Shown one piece after another: positions 37,734 through 51,498 of a stretch of 64,000 nt of DNA (position 1 is its first letter; each line of letters begins with the position of its first letter). Source of the DNA: Lytechinus pictus (lineage: Eukaryota); contig NC_087246.1 in assembly GCF_037042905.1 (NCBI RefSeq), positions 7,442,001-7,506,000 on the forward strand, written 5' to 3'. Below the pieces are notes generated by a model. That model searched no databases and was not told the origin of the DNA. It saw nothing but the letters and a program-made list of their open reading frames with translations. The position numbers and the translations under genes are program-made.

Positions 37734-37871
37734 CATAGGCTTTCGCTCTTCTGTGTTCGCAGGAAAACCGATGTTGTGATCCAAGCAGAGGGATTGCAGT
37801 TGGGGAAAGGAAAGAATGGCTCGCAGGATACGTTCATTGATTGTACATCTCTTCATTACCATGGTATGAAC
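37734..37871 (-). CDS. LRR/NLR-like gene exon (VHTMVMKRCTINERILRAILSFPQLQSLCLDHNIGFPANTEERKPM)
   Basis: tttttatttaag| acceptor and |gttagt donor; 138 nt, phase 0-0; FPQLQSLCL motif. Confidence 0.78.
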
Positions 37872-38309
37872 CTTAAATAAAAAACGAAAGTATTTCAAAG
37901 TAGAAATGAAAAGGAATCTGACTGCCAATGAGACATAAGGTATATGGTACACTCGAAAGTGATTGTATTTGCAATAATTTTGGAAGTAAGCTATCAGAAA
38001 TATACGCAGCTAAACTAATGATTCTGTATGATTCTGGGATATTCACAAGAATTTTTCAAATTTAACCGGAGACTACTAAAACGCCTGTTGCAACCTACGA
38101 TGGGCAGGGGTATAAATGAAAATGATAATTTTGGCTCCCTGTTTTATTGGAAGGCACTATAGATCACATGTCATCAAATATTGTAAAGGCCTACTATCCA
38201 TGAATGAAATGTCATTTCTCACACAAGTTTCAAGATATATTTTACGAAAGTGATAAAAATCATGTGCTACAAACATTCATCAAATGGAAAGTGTCGAGAA
38301 AAAATATAC

Positions 38310-38474
38310 TTTCGGACGTGATGCTTCACCCAGAAGTGTCGTTGCACTCTCATCCTGTAGCTCAACGGAATGTAACTCCAATAACTGAAGCCTTGGCATA
38401 GCACATAGTCCTTTTCCAAAGTGAGCTGATGCATTTTTACTTAGCTTTGCTTCTGATAACTTTAGTTTCTCAAT
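38310..38474 (-). CDS. LRR/NLR-like gene exon (IEKLKLSEAKLSKNASAHFGKGLCAMPRLQLLELHSVELQDESATTLLGEASRPK)
   Basis: tttttag| acceptor and |gtatat donor; 165 nt, phase 0-0; paralogous to the neighbouring exons. Not in the ORF track. Confidence 0.82.
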
Positions 38475-38788
38475 CTAAAAAAATGAATGAAAACGGAAGA
38501 TGATGACACTTGCTGCTTCAAAGTGTATATCACTGATTTAAGACAGAGTCTATGTGGTTAAAGATAATGAATACAATATGCCTCGTACAAGGGGATACAC
38601 ATGAAATGAACATTTACAAAGAATACGGTTGCAGGATAATAATTTAGATTGACAAACATATTATCATATAACATGCATTGACGTGAAATTACTCGACAAA
38701 ATGTAATAATAATGTATAACATCACTTTGGATGGAAAAAAATCAAGAAGTATATTGTGTCACTATTGACTATTTACGTGCAATATTAA

Positions 38789-39333
38789 AGGTAAAGTGTA
38801 CCCAACTAATAAGTTTATTTGAATATTAAATTAAGCGTAACGCTGACAATTTAATGAAAAATCGGATGAAAAATAACACAAATCATGAAATTTTAAATTC
38901 GTTGTATCTGACCAGTAATATTCATATCATGGTTGCTATACATTTATGGAGACTAATGACGTCATCAATACGTTCCTTCTTTTTTATTTTGTTATATGAA
39001 ATATCATATTTAATGGGAAACAAAGTTTGATTCATTCCTAAACATGTGGAGTTGTAATTCGATAAAGAGTCTCTTAATCATACTTATTGTCAAATCTGCA
39101 AAAATGAAGTATCCGATTCGCATAATTGATATAGTATGGTGATTAAATAACATCATCTGCTCAGTCATTTGCATATCACGCTATCATATCTGCTGTGCAT
39201 GAATGTATAACTGTTTGTGAAAAATAAGCATAACTACCTTTTTTTACAGCAGATTTTGTTTAAAATTGTCAGCATTATGCTTGTTTGACTTCTCTTTTGA
39301 TATAAATCAACTTTTGTTTGGGTGGTTTTCCCT
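38789..39333. mobile_element. TTAA-targeted MITE (Kolobok-like), related to 5971-6637
   Basis: ttaa|aggtaaagtgtaccc ... gggtggttttccct|ttag; shared internal motifs. Confidence 0.6.
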
Positions 39334-39835
39334 TTAGTCTACATTCTGAAAATTATTTTGGTTACTTTGATTCGTTATAAAAACCACCTTGGCAAAATCA
39401 ATTATATCCTAAGATTATCTGTCAATATCGATTGATTTTTCAAAAACTGCATTTCATTCATTACATGAGACGAGAAAGTGTGAACTATTTACATTTACCT
39501 GGCACAGTCGATTGATATTTTCATAACCACGGTAACCGTACACGTACCTCTATAGTTCAATGAAATATCAATCTGTACCAAGACTGCCAACCTGAACAAG
39601 ACCATTTCAATAATTTAAAAGCTATTTTTGAGGAAATCAGTATTATCAAAATACCATAAAACTAAACTTAATAAATCAATATTTTGGAAGATACCATCAG
39701 CATATTCTCATTTTTGTTTAGTTGCTGGAAATCAGTACTTGGCAGCTCTGCTCTACGCATAACAAAGGTGAAGAGACACAGTGCTATGGATCCGAAGTTC
39801 CAAAGCAGGGGAAGCTTTTTAACTTGATCTAGTAC

Positions 39836-40006
39836 CTTTGAGTTGGACGCATGATCATGATCGGACATTGTGGTGAAGAACTCATCACTCAGCTCTATTC
39901 TTATCAATTCTACTGATTGTAGTTTCGGCATGGAGAAGAGTCCTTTCGCATAATTATAAGATGACACTGAAGTCAAAGTCGCTTCGACATGCCTCAGACT
40001 GGTTAT
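39836..40006 (-). CDS. LRR/NLR-like gene exon (ITSLRHVEATLTSVSSYNYAKGLFSMPKLQSVELIRIELSDEFFTTMSDHDHASNSK)
   Basis: caacag| acceptor and |gtacta donor; 171 nt, phase 0-0. Confidence 0.85.
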
Positions 40007-40759
40007 CTGTTGATATAGATATAAAAAATAGATTGAAATACTTCATAAGTATGAAATATTTTTTTTATTAAAGTAGGAATGGACATACTAACACAAAATC
40101 AAATTTTGTGATAGATTTTGACTTAATATTCAGAAAATAATATCATATTTCACCCTTCTATTTTCCCTTCTTTGGTCTAATCTTTTGTTCTCCATGGTCT
40201 TTTTTTGAGGGGGGGGTTGAGGAGCCCCAAAGCCCCCCTCATCTGTACGCAAAAATGTTACAATTCACATCACGGAAATTTCATTGATGGATTGATAGGC
40301 ATAATCCAGGGGGCTGACTCCTAGAAGGCAAAATCCTTCCCACTTTGTGCATCCTAATTTATAATACCTTTATTCACACGGTCAGTGCTCAATCAACTCA
40401 AGCATGAATAATTTTCCAACTTTTTTGTGTCATTTGTAAGTTCTGTTTATTGACTTTCCATATATAAGCCTTTCCCCTACAGTGAATTTGTCAACAATTT
40501 TCAAAAAGTGTATATTTGTTAAGAAACACTGTAGGCCTATACAGTGTAATCACGTAGATATAGCATAAATTTGGTGGTTTGGCTGGTTTAAACTAGCTCT
40601 CATAGTGTATCTTACTTACAGGACCGGTTCTAGACTAAAAAAATGAGGGGGCTGCAGGGAGCTTGAGAAATTTAAAGCTTTTTTTAGGGGAGGGGGCACC
40701 AGTCCCAAAAGCTCCTTCCTACAACGACGCCTGCTTATTTACAGTTGGTGCCATAGAGG

Positions 40760-41210
40760 TTACTTGTCTAGAAAGGTTGTCCGGTAATGGTTGTCATATA
40801 GGACATATTTAATGGGGTAGTTGTTCAAGGAGTAAAATGTTCGGGGTACACGTCTGGGGTGAATGTCGGGGTGGATGTCCTAGGGGTACTTATCCTGGAG
40901 TGTTATACCATAGGGTTTGCTGTCCAGCCGGGTAGTTGTCAGTGGGAGTAGTCCGGGGATTAGTTGTCAAAGAGGGTAGATTTCCAATGGGATGAATATT
41001 TGGGAGTTGATGTCCGAAGGGTGGATGTCCATGGGTATAGGTGCCCGGGGTAGATTTCCTACAGGGTATAATGTCCGCGGGGATGTCTTAGAGCATGTAG
41101 AGTGTGATAGGGGGTTTATCATTGGTGGTACTTATCATAGGCGGGTATTTTTACCAGAGGTGGGGTGTCTGGAGTTGATGTCCAGGAGGTAGATGTCCGG
41201 ATACGTGTCT
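40760..41210. repeat. G-rich degenerate ~15-bp tandem array (ggggtagttgtcc-like)
   Basis: Repeated ggg-tag/gga-tgtcc units; similar arrays at about 14930-15090, 47705-47820 and 62335-62420. Confidence 0.6.
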
Positions 41211-41402
41211 ATACAAACTCACATTTTTATATGTATACAGCATGAACACACCCTCCCACAAACATTTTTTTTTATGCATTCAAGGTAAAATGTGAGTATT
41301 TTAGATAGGAAATTATTTTGCCAGAAAAATTATTTTGCCATAACCACTAGACATCTATCGTTTTAAAGAAACTTAATCTGTAATGCCCACCTCACACATC
41401 CG

Positions 41403-41563
41403 GGGAGTATTTCATCAACATTTTTGTCCGACAAGATGTCAGATCTGACAACTTTCCTTGAATTTGATGGGCTGAGAAGCACTATTACTATGGTAACTGT
41501 CGGATAAAACCGCACTCAGCTAGTCGGATAAAACATACGACAGGTCCTTTCATGAAACGCTCC
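41403..41563 (+). mobile_element. ~160-bp MITE with CWG-type 3-bp TSD (PIF/Harbinger-like)
   Basis: TIRs gggagtatttcat / atgaaacgctcc; same family as 42238 and 63333. Confidence 0.75.
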
Positions 41564-41647
41564 CAGGATTTAATAACCTTATTTCAAAGAATTACACTCA
41601 ATGATGTCATCGGGTATGAAGACAAAAATGTCATTTGTTTTTCTTAA

Positions 41648-42110
41648 AGGGGAAGTTAAACACGACAACAATTATCTTGTAAGATAGCAGAAAAAATAAT
41701 AAAAAACAGTGGTGAAGGTTTGAGGAAAAACCATCAAAGATTAAGAAATTAGAATTTAAGTTTTTTGATTTGTGACGTCAAATATACGAGCAGCTGCTCC
41801 ATAATGTTATGTAATATAAAATGCCTAAATGGTTCATGATGACTGAAAATTACCTTCCTTCAGGCATGTCAGGAGCGGGTGTGCAATAATTTGTCTCTTT
41901 ATATAATAAAGGTACAATAAATCACATTCTACTTTTTTTGAGAAAATGACATTTCATTGATTTTTTTAATTTCACGATGTCATGTGAATCTGCTCGCATG
42001 TGACGTCACAAAAATCAGAGTTCTAATAACTTTGATGGATTTTCCTAAAACCTTCATCAATATTTTTTAATATCGTTGTCTTTATTTTTGTTTCCTTGGT
42101 AAATTTCCCC
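41648..42110. mobile_element. Decayed TTAA-targeted MITE (Kolobok-like)
   Basis: ttaa|aggggaagtt start; internal inverted ttgtgacgtca / tgacgtcacaa and tgaaggtttgaggaaaa / ttttcctaaaaccttca. Confidence 0.55.
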
Positions 42111-42237
42111 AATTCGCATGTCAGTATTCCATTTCTTACTAAATTATATGATTTTTAGAGCCCCAAAACGGTTGTGGTGTGAATGATAATTGTATTTAAT
42201 AGATTACCGATTTCACATCAAAATTTAATTCCATCTG

Positions 42238-42394
42238 ATGAGTGTTTCATGAAAGGACTTGCCGGACGTTTTGTCCGTCAAGTCCCATTTTGTCCGACAG
42301 TTACTATAGTAACAGTGCCGCTCAGCCAATCAGAATCAAGGAAAGATGTCAGATCTCACAACTTGTCAGACAAACATGTTGATGAAACGGTCCC
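42238..42394 (-). mobile_element. PIF/Harbinger-like MITE
   Basis: ctg TSD at 42235-42237 and 42395-42397; inverted copy of the 41403 family. Confidence 0.75.
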
Positions 42395-42414
42395 CTGATG
42401 CTAGATCCAAAAAT

Positions 42415-42684
42415 ATCAGCGTATCATCCTTATGGAATCAGTTGCCATATTCCATTCGTAGTATTTCAAATATCGATAATTTCAAAATTACTCTAAAAAC
42501 CCATTTGTTTAAAATTGCCTTCCAGTAGTTTCCTTTCATTGTCATGACTGTCATTCTTTTTATCTTTGTCCCTTCCTGTACCGTATAATTTTTCTCTTAT
42601 TTCCTTTTCGCAGCGCCTTGAGCACATAATCAATGTGGATTTGGCGCTTTAGAAATACTCTCTATTATTATTATTATTATTATT
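42415..42684 (+). mobile_element. 3' end of an L2-clade LINE
   Basis: LWNQLPYSIRSISNIDNFKITLKTHLFKIAFQ*; agcgccttgagc...ggcgct hairpin; (tta)n tail. Confidence 0.8.
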
Positions 42685-42984
42685 TTGGTCTTTTTAGATT
42701 AAACGCATTCTCAATCATGGAATGTGCTCAGAATAGGATATAACCTTTGTCAGTTACTTTATAATATCCAATCACTAACTATGCAAAACAAAAGCTAAGA
42801 CAAGCTATTTTAAATACCCCCAACAAAATAATACCGAGAGTGGTGCTAGGTCTAAATTCGAATCGTATAAAAGCAGAATGTCATTCAAAATGCATTCAGT
42901 GACTAAAACGCTTATTGTAATGTTTAATTATACTCGAGTATACTTCACATTGCTTCAAGGCCTTCATTCTAATAAAAGTCCTAC

Positions 42985-43149
42985 CTCTGACATTGGTGCT
43001 TTCTTGGACATGGTAGAGAAGAACCCTGAACTTAGCTTCACTCGCTCTATTTCCAATGATCGAAGATTTGGCAAAGAGAATAGGCTCTGGCCGTAATGAG
43101 AGGATGCGACATCATTCAATTCCGCAACCGCATGTCTTAGTACCTCAAT
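42985..43149 (-). CDS. LRR/NLR-like gene exon (IEVLRHAVAELNDVASSHYGQSLFSLPNLRSLEIERVKLSSGFFSTMSKKAPMSE)
   Basis: aatcag| acceptor and |gtagga donor; 165 nt, phase 0-0; LPNLRSLEI motif. Confidence 0.85.
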
Positions 43150-45332
43150 CTGATTTTGTTGAAAGGGCATGAAAAGGAAGGTGTCTGAGAATAATAATGA
43201 GATGAAAATAAATGGTTTCTCTATTCAACATTTGATGTCTCATTGGCATATGAAAGAATACCATCATGGTCTGAAAAACTGTTAAACAACTAAAGTTAAA
43301 CGCACCTCATGATAACCCAACACTGTCTTGATTCATTAACTAATTTTCGTCTCTGCGTTGACTATAACATGTATATTGAGTAACGTCAGTACAAAAAAAT
43401 GCGAAATCGACAAATAAAAACATGGATCTCAAAAAAAGAATTATGGGGACCATCATGTGATCATAGTAGTGTTAGATATTTCGTTTTTCTGATTTCTAAA
43501 CGGAAAAGGCAAAAATGAAATATTGAGTGAAAATTGATTCTATTTTCTCGAATTAAAACACAAAAAGCATGCCGAGTGAGAAAATTATTTGTACATGTTT
43601 TACCATCAGTCACTCGGGAGAGTGCGTGATTGATTAGTTTTATCCAATCAGAGAGCTAGAATCGTTATGGAGACCCCCAACTGAAGTGGTTGTACATTCA
43701 CTGGAGTGGTTGTACATCCACTCGAGTAGTTGTACATCCACTCGAATATGTGTACAAGTACCAGGGGCGTAACAGAAGTCGTTGGCCAGGGGGGGGGGGG
43801 GGGGTCAAGAGCCAAACATTTTCCGGTCATCATGGAACAGGCATAATTTAGGGAGCGATATGGTGTATCGGGCAAAAAATATACCGGGTAGCGAGCAAAA
43901 ATTTTGACATTTTTATTACAAAAATAAAAAATGCGTATAAAAAAGAGACAGTTTTGAAAAGTCTACAAAAAAATTGTTTCAAATTATGATATCTATATTT
44001 TGATGTTAATAGATACCCTGAAATCTTATCTTTGAAATGCAATTAAAAAAAATAAATTTTGTTAATGCTTGAGCAAACACGGGACGTTTCTGTCGGGGGT
44101 TGAAAAAGAGGCTTTCGCCAGAATGGCAGAATATGAGTAATATGATGATCAGACTTCTTGCTGATTACCGGACTCCCTCCCCTCCCTCTCAACCTTTTTA
44201 TTATCTGTGCCATAATTTTCAAATTATACTGTCAAACTTTATTTACAAATTTATTTATTTACTTAAATTATTTTTTTTTCAATTAAACCTCTTTACTTTT
44301 GAATTTTCCCTCATTAGTAAGAAAAGAAGACCGTTTTGTCAACCCAAGCAATAAGATTTGCGTTATTAATTGGGAAAACTTGTAATTATTCAAATCCTTT
44401 TATTATGCGAAACAAATTATGTTATGGTACCTTTAAGAGACTTGATTCCATTTTTCAAGGGGTGATTGATACCTTGACTAAGTTTGATTATACGCTTGAC
44501 AGGAGGAGACTCTTGTCTTTCAATGGCAACGGTGTATTGAGTCAATTTTGAAGGAGCTAGATATATGGCAGATCGGGAAAATGTATCAAAAAGTTGTGAG
44601 CGAGCGAAGCGAGCACGCAAATTTCCCCCTTTTTTATAACAATATCAAATTTGTGATAGATTTTGACATAATATTCAGAAAATAATATCATATTTTACTC
44701 TCTATCTTTACTTTTTATTTCCTTTCTACTTTTTTCTTGGTCATGATTTTTTTTTATTCAGGGGGGGGGGGGTATCCCCGAGCGCCCACCCATTCGTATG
44801 CACACAATGAAAGGATTTGAAAAACAAATACAAGCTCTCCCATACTTCGGTTGAAAAAAAATTGCTTAAAGAAGGAATATCAAAAGAGAACATATTAAAA
44901 AGAAACAACAACAGAACAATTCAAGTAAATAAGTAGATTTGAAAATGAATTTTGATCGCATAATTTGAAAAATATGGCAAAGTTAATGAAAAGGTAAAGA
45001 GGAAGTTTGCTGATTAGCAAGAAGTCTGATCATCATATTTATCATTTTATGCCACTTTGGCGCAAGCCTCCTATTCAACCCCAGACAAAAACATTCCGTG
45101 TTTGCTCAAGCATGAACGAAACTAATTTTTTAATGGCATTTGAAAGATAAGACTTCAGAGCAACTATTCACACCAAAATGTAGACATCAAAATTTGAAAA
45201 AAAAATTATAGACTTTTCAAATCTGGCCCGTTTTTTATACACTCTGTATATGCTCGAGGGGGCCCAGTATGGTGCGTGTGGCAAGAAGTAGCTGAATATA
45301 AGTCCCAAGCGAGCGAAGCGAGCGAGATAAAA

Positions 45333-46566
45333 ACAAACGGAATGCCTCTGGCTGTCTCACCTGCATCACGCGATTCAAATATTCCAGCAGTGGTGACTAG
45401 TACTATAAGTACTATAAAATAATTATTCACAAAAACACCATCCATATAATGATACAATACTACGTCCATTGACATTTCACCTACAACTTGTCAGTGATAC
45501 CCCTATATCCACATTTTATACACTATATCTATACAATTTGAAAGTTATGACAGCAATCTAATAATTACCTCTAAAATGGCAAAAGTTCAATGACCTTAAA
45601 ATGACCTATGACTTAAGTCATGTGACCTGAAACTCACATGAGATGTTCAGTGATACTTGATGACTCTAATGTCTAAGTTTCATGAATCAGATTCATAAAC
45701 TTTCATAGTTATAATGGTAATTCAACAGATGCCCCATTGTGGCGAAAGTTCATTGACCCTAAATGACCTTTGGACTTAATGTGACCTGAATCTTACACAG
45801 GATATTCAGTGATACTCGATTCCTATTATGTCCAAGTTTCATGAACCAGATCTATAAACTGTCAAAGTTATGATGGTAAATCAACAGATACCCCCAATTT
45901 GGCCAAAGTTCATTGACTCTAAGTGACCTTTGACCTTGGTCATGTGACGTGAAACTCAAGCAGGATATTTAGTAATACTCGATTAAACTTATGTCCAAGT
46001 TTCATGAACTAGGTCTATATATTTTCTAAGTTATGGTGGCATTTCAAAAACTTAACCTTAGGTTAAGGTTTTGATGTTGATTCCCCCAACATGGTCTAAA
46101 TTCATTGACCCTAATGACCTTTGACCTTAGTCATGTGACCTGAAACTCACGTAGAATTTTTAGTAATACTTGATTAACCTTATGGTCAAGTTTCATGAAC
46201 TAGGTCTATATACTTTCTAGGTTATGCTGTCATTTCACAAACTTAAGCTTCGGTTAAGATTTGGTTATGGTGACATTTCAAAAACTTAACCTTAGGTTAA
46301 GGTTTTGATGTTGATTCCCCCAACATGGTCTAAGTTTATTGACCCTAATAACATTTGACCTTAGTCAAGTGACCTAAAACTCCGGTAGAATGTTTAGTAA
46401 CACTTGATTAACCTTATAGCCAAGTTTCATGAACTAGGTCCATATATTTTCTAGGTTATGATGTCACTTCACAAACTTAACCTTCGGTTAAGATTTGGTG
46501 TTGACCCCGCCGCCGTCGGAAAAGCGGCGCCTGTAGTCCCACTCTGCTGTGCAGGTGAGACAAAAA
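45333..46566 (-). mobile_element. HINE/Helentron-like element with tandem repeats
   Basis: Subterminal inverted repeat gtctcacctgca / tgcaggtgagac; A-rich ends; ~160-bp units. Confidence 0.85.
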
Positions 46567-48178
46567 TCACCTTTTCATGAGAATCTAACATGAAGAGAGA
46601 TTTTTGGAGAGATATCCAGAAAAAATATAATACACTTTTCCTTTTCTTTTCTTTCCTACTTTTTTTTGGTTGTAAAACTTTTTTTGGGGCCATGGTCCAA
46701 ATTCATCCATTCAACAGTGCTATGTGGGTGGGGTCCGGGGCGGAGCCCCCGAACCTATTGATATTAAAGCCATTTTAAGCCTTACAGATGGCCATTAGTT
46801 TTAATCAAATTGCGTGTATATTTATATAGGTTTCACACAACATATAAATTCAATGCAGTTGTGTACCATAATCATCCAAATATTTTGAAGGGGCACACCA
46901 AAGTAAATGTTGGAAAATTTGTAAAAAGTCGCCAGCGAGCGAAGCGAGCCAGAGAGGAAAATGGCATTTTGAAATGAAATTCTAATTATATGATTGATTT
47001 TACATCATAGCAAATATCATGTCATATATATATTTTTCATTCATCTAATTTAGTTGCCTCCTTTATTTTTTATTTCCTTGGCTGTGGAACCACCACCCCC
47101 CCCCCGGTACGCCAGTGTTTCAACGCAATGTTTAATGCAGGAAGGGCCCATACAGGGACCGTTAGAGAGCACACAGTTCACGGGGTCTTGGACAGAACCC
47201 CCGGTAGCTTTGGAGATTTAGGAAGTTATGATATCATCGACTTTCATAAAACAAATCCCGGTAACTAAGTTTAGAATCAGTGGCGTTGCTAGGAGTTCAT
47301 TTTAGGGGACGGTGGTGAGCACGCGAATCGTGCGAAACACATACTGCGCGCACGAAACGTCTCTCTAGGGGTGGGGGTGCAGGGTGGGGGTGTTTCTGCT
47401 ACTTACAGTATAAACTTACGATGCCTTATTCACTGACACTACCTAATCGTTGACTCTACTCATTTAACGTTTATTTTTATGGTAATTCTGCTTCTTGATC
47501 TTGTGCATTTAATGTTCAACGAGAAAACTGGAAGTATCATGGAAATACTTACACCTGGAACAATTGAACCTTCATTATGAGCAATATTATCTTAGCATTT
47601 TTTTTTTCATTGAAACAGAATAATAAGAAGAACAAGAAGGTGAAAATTCTAAAGAAAAGAACGTAAATTAATTTCTCACTCAAATAGAAGTGCCGGTTTA
47701 AATCAGTTTTCCTCCGGGAAGCCTGTCCTCGGGAGAATTGTCACTCGGGGGAGTTTTCATTGGGGAGTTGTCATGGGGGAGTCGCCCTCCGGAGGAGTAG
47801 TCTTCTCGGGGAGTTGTCCTAAAACCCATTTTTCTATTGTTGTTGTTACTATTTTTGTTATCATGATAACTGCTGCAGCAGTAGTAGAATTAGAAGTCGT
47901 AGTAGTAGCTGCTGAAGTAGTTTTAGTAGTAGTCAGGGGCGGATCCAGCCTTCGCCAATAGGGGGGGGAATTTTTTTCAGCCATATTTTTCCCGATCGGC
48001 CGCACGAAGATGATTTGCCGGGATTTTTCGTTTCTTTCCAGGGGTAGACCTAATACTTTTTAGTCACTTCTTTAGCTTTAGTCTTATGAATAGATATGTA
48101 ATACGATAATCCTTATTTATAAAATGCGAGCGCGAAGCGCGAGCTAATTTCTCTTGAAATCTTTTGTATTTTTCCTAA

Positions 48179-48371
48179 GATTGATGGCAAAAAGAAGCTG
48201 CTGAAAACTGCTTATCTAAAAAAAGAGCCAATGGAGTAAATTAGAGAGTCAAAAGGGGCCTAAGCTTTCGATCCTAGCAGAATCTTCGTCGGAGGCAAAA
48301 TGACAAACATATAAAGTGGAACAACCATAATATAGACCACAGGCATTCAACAACAACGCTAGAAACAAAGG
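48179..48371 (-). mobile_element. Penelope-like pseudo-LTR fragment with a minimal hammerhead-like motif
   Basis: 11-bp TSD atttttcctaa at 48168-48178 and 48372-48382. Minus strand reads gcct-CCGACGA-a-gattct-gct-aggatc-GAAA-gct-t-aggc. Confidence 0.65.
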
Positions 48372-48930
48372 ATTTTTCCTAAAATTATGAAAATTCTGGG
48401 CAATGTTTGTTGAAAAAGATGTTTATGCAAATGGATAATTACTACGAACGTGAAGCGCGAGCAGAAATGAACTGATGGAAAAGGTACTGTTGAAGACTGC
48501 TTACAGTTGGCCATGAAGACGTTACATATTACATGTTACATATAATTTAAAAATCAAATAATTCGAGCGCGAAGCGCGAGCTGATTTTTGTTTGACATTT
48601 TTACGTAAGGAAAAGAAATTCTAAGCACTTTTTGTAACTTAAACAGAGTAGGTATATAACTAAACAATAACGAAACTGATGCGAGCGCGAAGCGTGAGCG
48701 GAAAATTTCGAGATTTAGCCCCCCGAACGAGACACTCTATTCAAGTTTTGTAAATCATGAAAAGGATGGGTAAGTGGGGATCTTGAATTCCTTACATTGA
48801 TAATGCGAGCACAAAGTGCGAGCAGAAAACTTTTTATATTGTGATCTCAAACTGGATAATGATTTCAATAGAGAGCAAGTTGACTATCTAAAAAACGTGC
48901 GCGCGCGTATTCCATACTTTACTAGTTATA

Positions 48931-49745
48931 CAGTGCGTCCCACAAAAAACGAAACCGAGATTTAGCGTTGATTTATCATAACTTAATAAAAAAAAATAGA
49001 CAAAAGATATACCAACGTAAAGCGTAGAATCTCTTCTTTCATCTAATACTACTTAGATTATTCCTTATTCATTTATGAGTGAGCAAAAACAATTCGAAGA
49101 AAGGATGTCAAAAACTCATTTGGCGGGGGTATCTGAATTTTAAACAGAGAGTCACATGACTAAAAAGTTCAATATTGGCTTTTTGATTTGATACCTTAAT
49201 CACAGAAAATGGTCAAGAAATACAAAAGTTATGATCCCTCGAAACAATGCTTGTGTTTCCATAATTTCATTAAATAAACGTGTTTTCACCTGTTTCCCAC
49301 AGTAGCAATCGCACGGTAACAAAAGACTTAATGCATGGCTGATCGTCAACAAAACGGAGTGTCGAGTGAGTCTGGACACTAGCCTGTAAAACCTCTTCAT
49401 TTCATGAAATTATTGAAAATCAGGCCTTGTTTCAAATAACCAGAACTTTCTTATTTCTTGACAATTTTCTTTAATTGAGGTATCAAATGAAATAGCAGAT
49501 ATTGAACTTTTTAGGCATGTGATTTTCTTTTTTAAATTCAGATAGGCCCCGCCAAATGACTTTTTGGTATCCCCTCTTCAAATTGTCTTTGCTCACTCAT
49601 GCGTGAATGAGGAATAATCTAAGTAATTTCAGATGAAGAAGAGATTCTAAGCTTTACAATGGTAGGTCATTTATCTATTGTATTTGTGATTAAGTTATGA
49701 TAAATCATCGATAAATCTCGGTTTCGTTTTTTCTGTGACGCACTG
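48931..49745. mobile_element. Tc1/mariner-type MITE with long TIRs and TA TSD
   Basis: ta|cagtgcgtcccacaaaaaacgaaaccgagattt ... aaatctcggtttcgtttttctgtgacgcactg|ta; arms pair imperfectly over more than 250 bp. Confidence 0.88.
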
Positions 49746-51498
49746 TATAGCCCTAGAATCTAAGCATTCTAAATAAATCTTTCATGAAAATCAAAGCGAG
49801 CGCGAAGCGCGTGAGATTAAACTATTTGACATTTGATATTCCGATCTGAAAAAGAGTCAATTTCAACAGTATTATTTCAAGCACTTTGTAGGAAAATTGT
49901 GAGGTGGATAAAGAGCTGATATTTTTAATTATTATTACTTTAAGTTTTAATATAGGACCGGTGCATCCTTAGACATGTATATGAAAATGACTATCTTGCT
50001 ATTCCTCTTGCTAAGTGCGAGACGAAACAAAAGGGACACTTTAATTATTATATTAATATCTTATTCATTAATGCCTATAAATGAGGGCGCGAAATCTGAT
50101 GATATTTTTGCCTAAAAACTGGACATCTCAAACACTTTTGTCATTATAAATTGGATGCATCAAGTTAATATATTTTAATCATTAATGTGAGTGGAAATCG
50201 CGAATTTTTTATAAACTCAAGTTAATATATTTTAATCATTAATGTGAGTGGAAATCGCGAATTTTTTATAAACTGTCCTGAAAAAAGGATTTTAAGTAGC
50301 TTGTTGTATAATCAATATTGAGACATACATAACTCACCAATCATGATGCGAGCGTGCAGCGCTAGCTGATACGTTTTGACAATCAGAACTGAAAAGTGAT
50401 ACTTTGAAAACTTTATGGAATACACGAAAATAATAGGTACCTAATAAATCAATATTTGCGAGCGCGTAGCACGATCGAAAAATTTTAGTATTCAGCAATT
50501 CAGACCAAAAAATGACATTTTTACAGAGCACTTCTTAAAAACAATTTGTAAATCACACAAAATAATGAAAGTTCGATTTCCGAGGTGAAATATGTTTTGT
50601 ACATTGACTTCCAAACTTGATATTAAAACTCCATATTATACAAGATATGAAAATCACCTAATGCGAGCGCGAGTGAGAATTTAATATAGTGACCCAAAAG
50701 ATTCTTTTTATTTTCCAAGTCTTCCCCTTATCTTATTTTATTCATTCGTCTTCCTCCTCTTCTTTTGTTGTTCTCTTTATTTACCCTTTTTTATTCTGTC
50801 TTTGCTTTTTTTCTTTCTCCGCCAATAAGGGGGAGGGGGCCATGGATCCGCCTATGTTAGATTTAGCAATTACATTATCATTTCTGTTTTTATCATCATT
50901 ATTATTACTATCATTTATGTCCTTAACATTATTCGGCGTTTTTGTTTTGCCTTGTTTCATTTTGTCTCCTTTGTTTCATTCATCACTTTAGTTTATTCAA
51001 TCATTTTTTTATACCGACACTCTAAATAAATGGGTGAATACTTTTCTAAAACCAGACAACGTTTTATTTAAAGGTATGTCTCTGAAATCCACATGAAAAA
51101 AAAATGGTAGATGAGGTAAATTATTAAAAAAAGACCGTAAAAGGGAAGGAAAATAAATAAATAGAAGCGCCGAGTTCGCCTAGAGCATAGAGAAAAGACG
51201 TAGACAAAAAATCACGAAGAAAAAAGAGGCGAAATTATTTAGGAATAAGATGTTAACATAATTATATAAAGAGAACGGAGAAGGAGAGAGAGAGAGGGGA
51301 TTCAAGAGGAACGATAGGAGAAATTGAAAGTAAAAAGAGCTGTGAGAAAATTACAGAGGAAAAAAACTTGGAAGAATATCCAATTTATTTGAATGTGCTC
51401 AGTGTCTATCAGTGTGTGGGATGAGTGTGTGCGTTTCTCTGCAAAATATGGTTAGGATATTTTTATTTTAAAAAATCTTGAAATTTGCAACAGCTCAC

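Larger units (their letters stand above)
47934..50856. mobile_element. Large non-autonomous DNA element with caggggcggatcc termini and many gcgagcgcgaagcgcgagc motifs
   Basis: Termini caggggcggatcca / tggatccgcctatg; hosts the insertions at 48179 and 48931; no clean TSD seen. Confidence 0.6.

Noticed and set aside
37583..37837. 84-aa ORF as an LRR exon
   Set aside because: The LRR-like reading is in the other frame (37734-37871), which has proper splice sites.
43930..45245. Inverted similarity between 43930-44170 and 45010-45245 as one fold-back element
   Set aside because: Clearly diverged, with no shared termini or TSD; more likely two separate old copies in opposite orientation.
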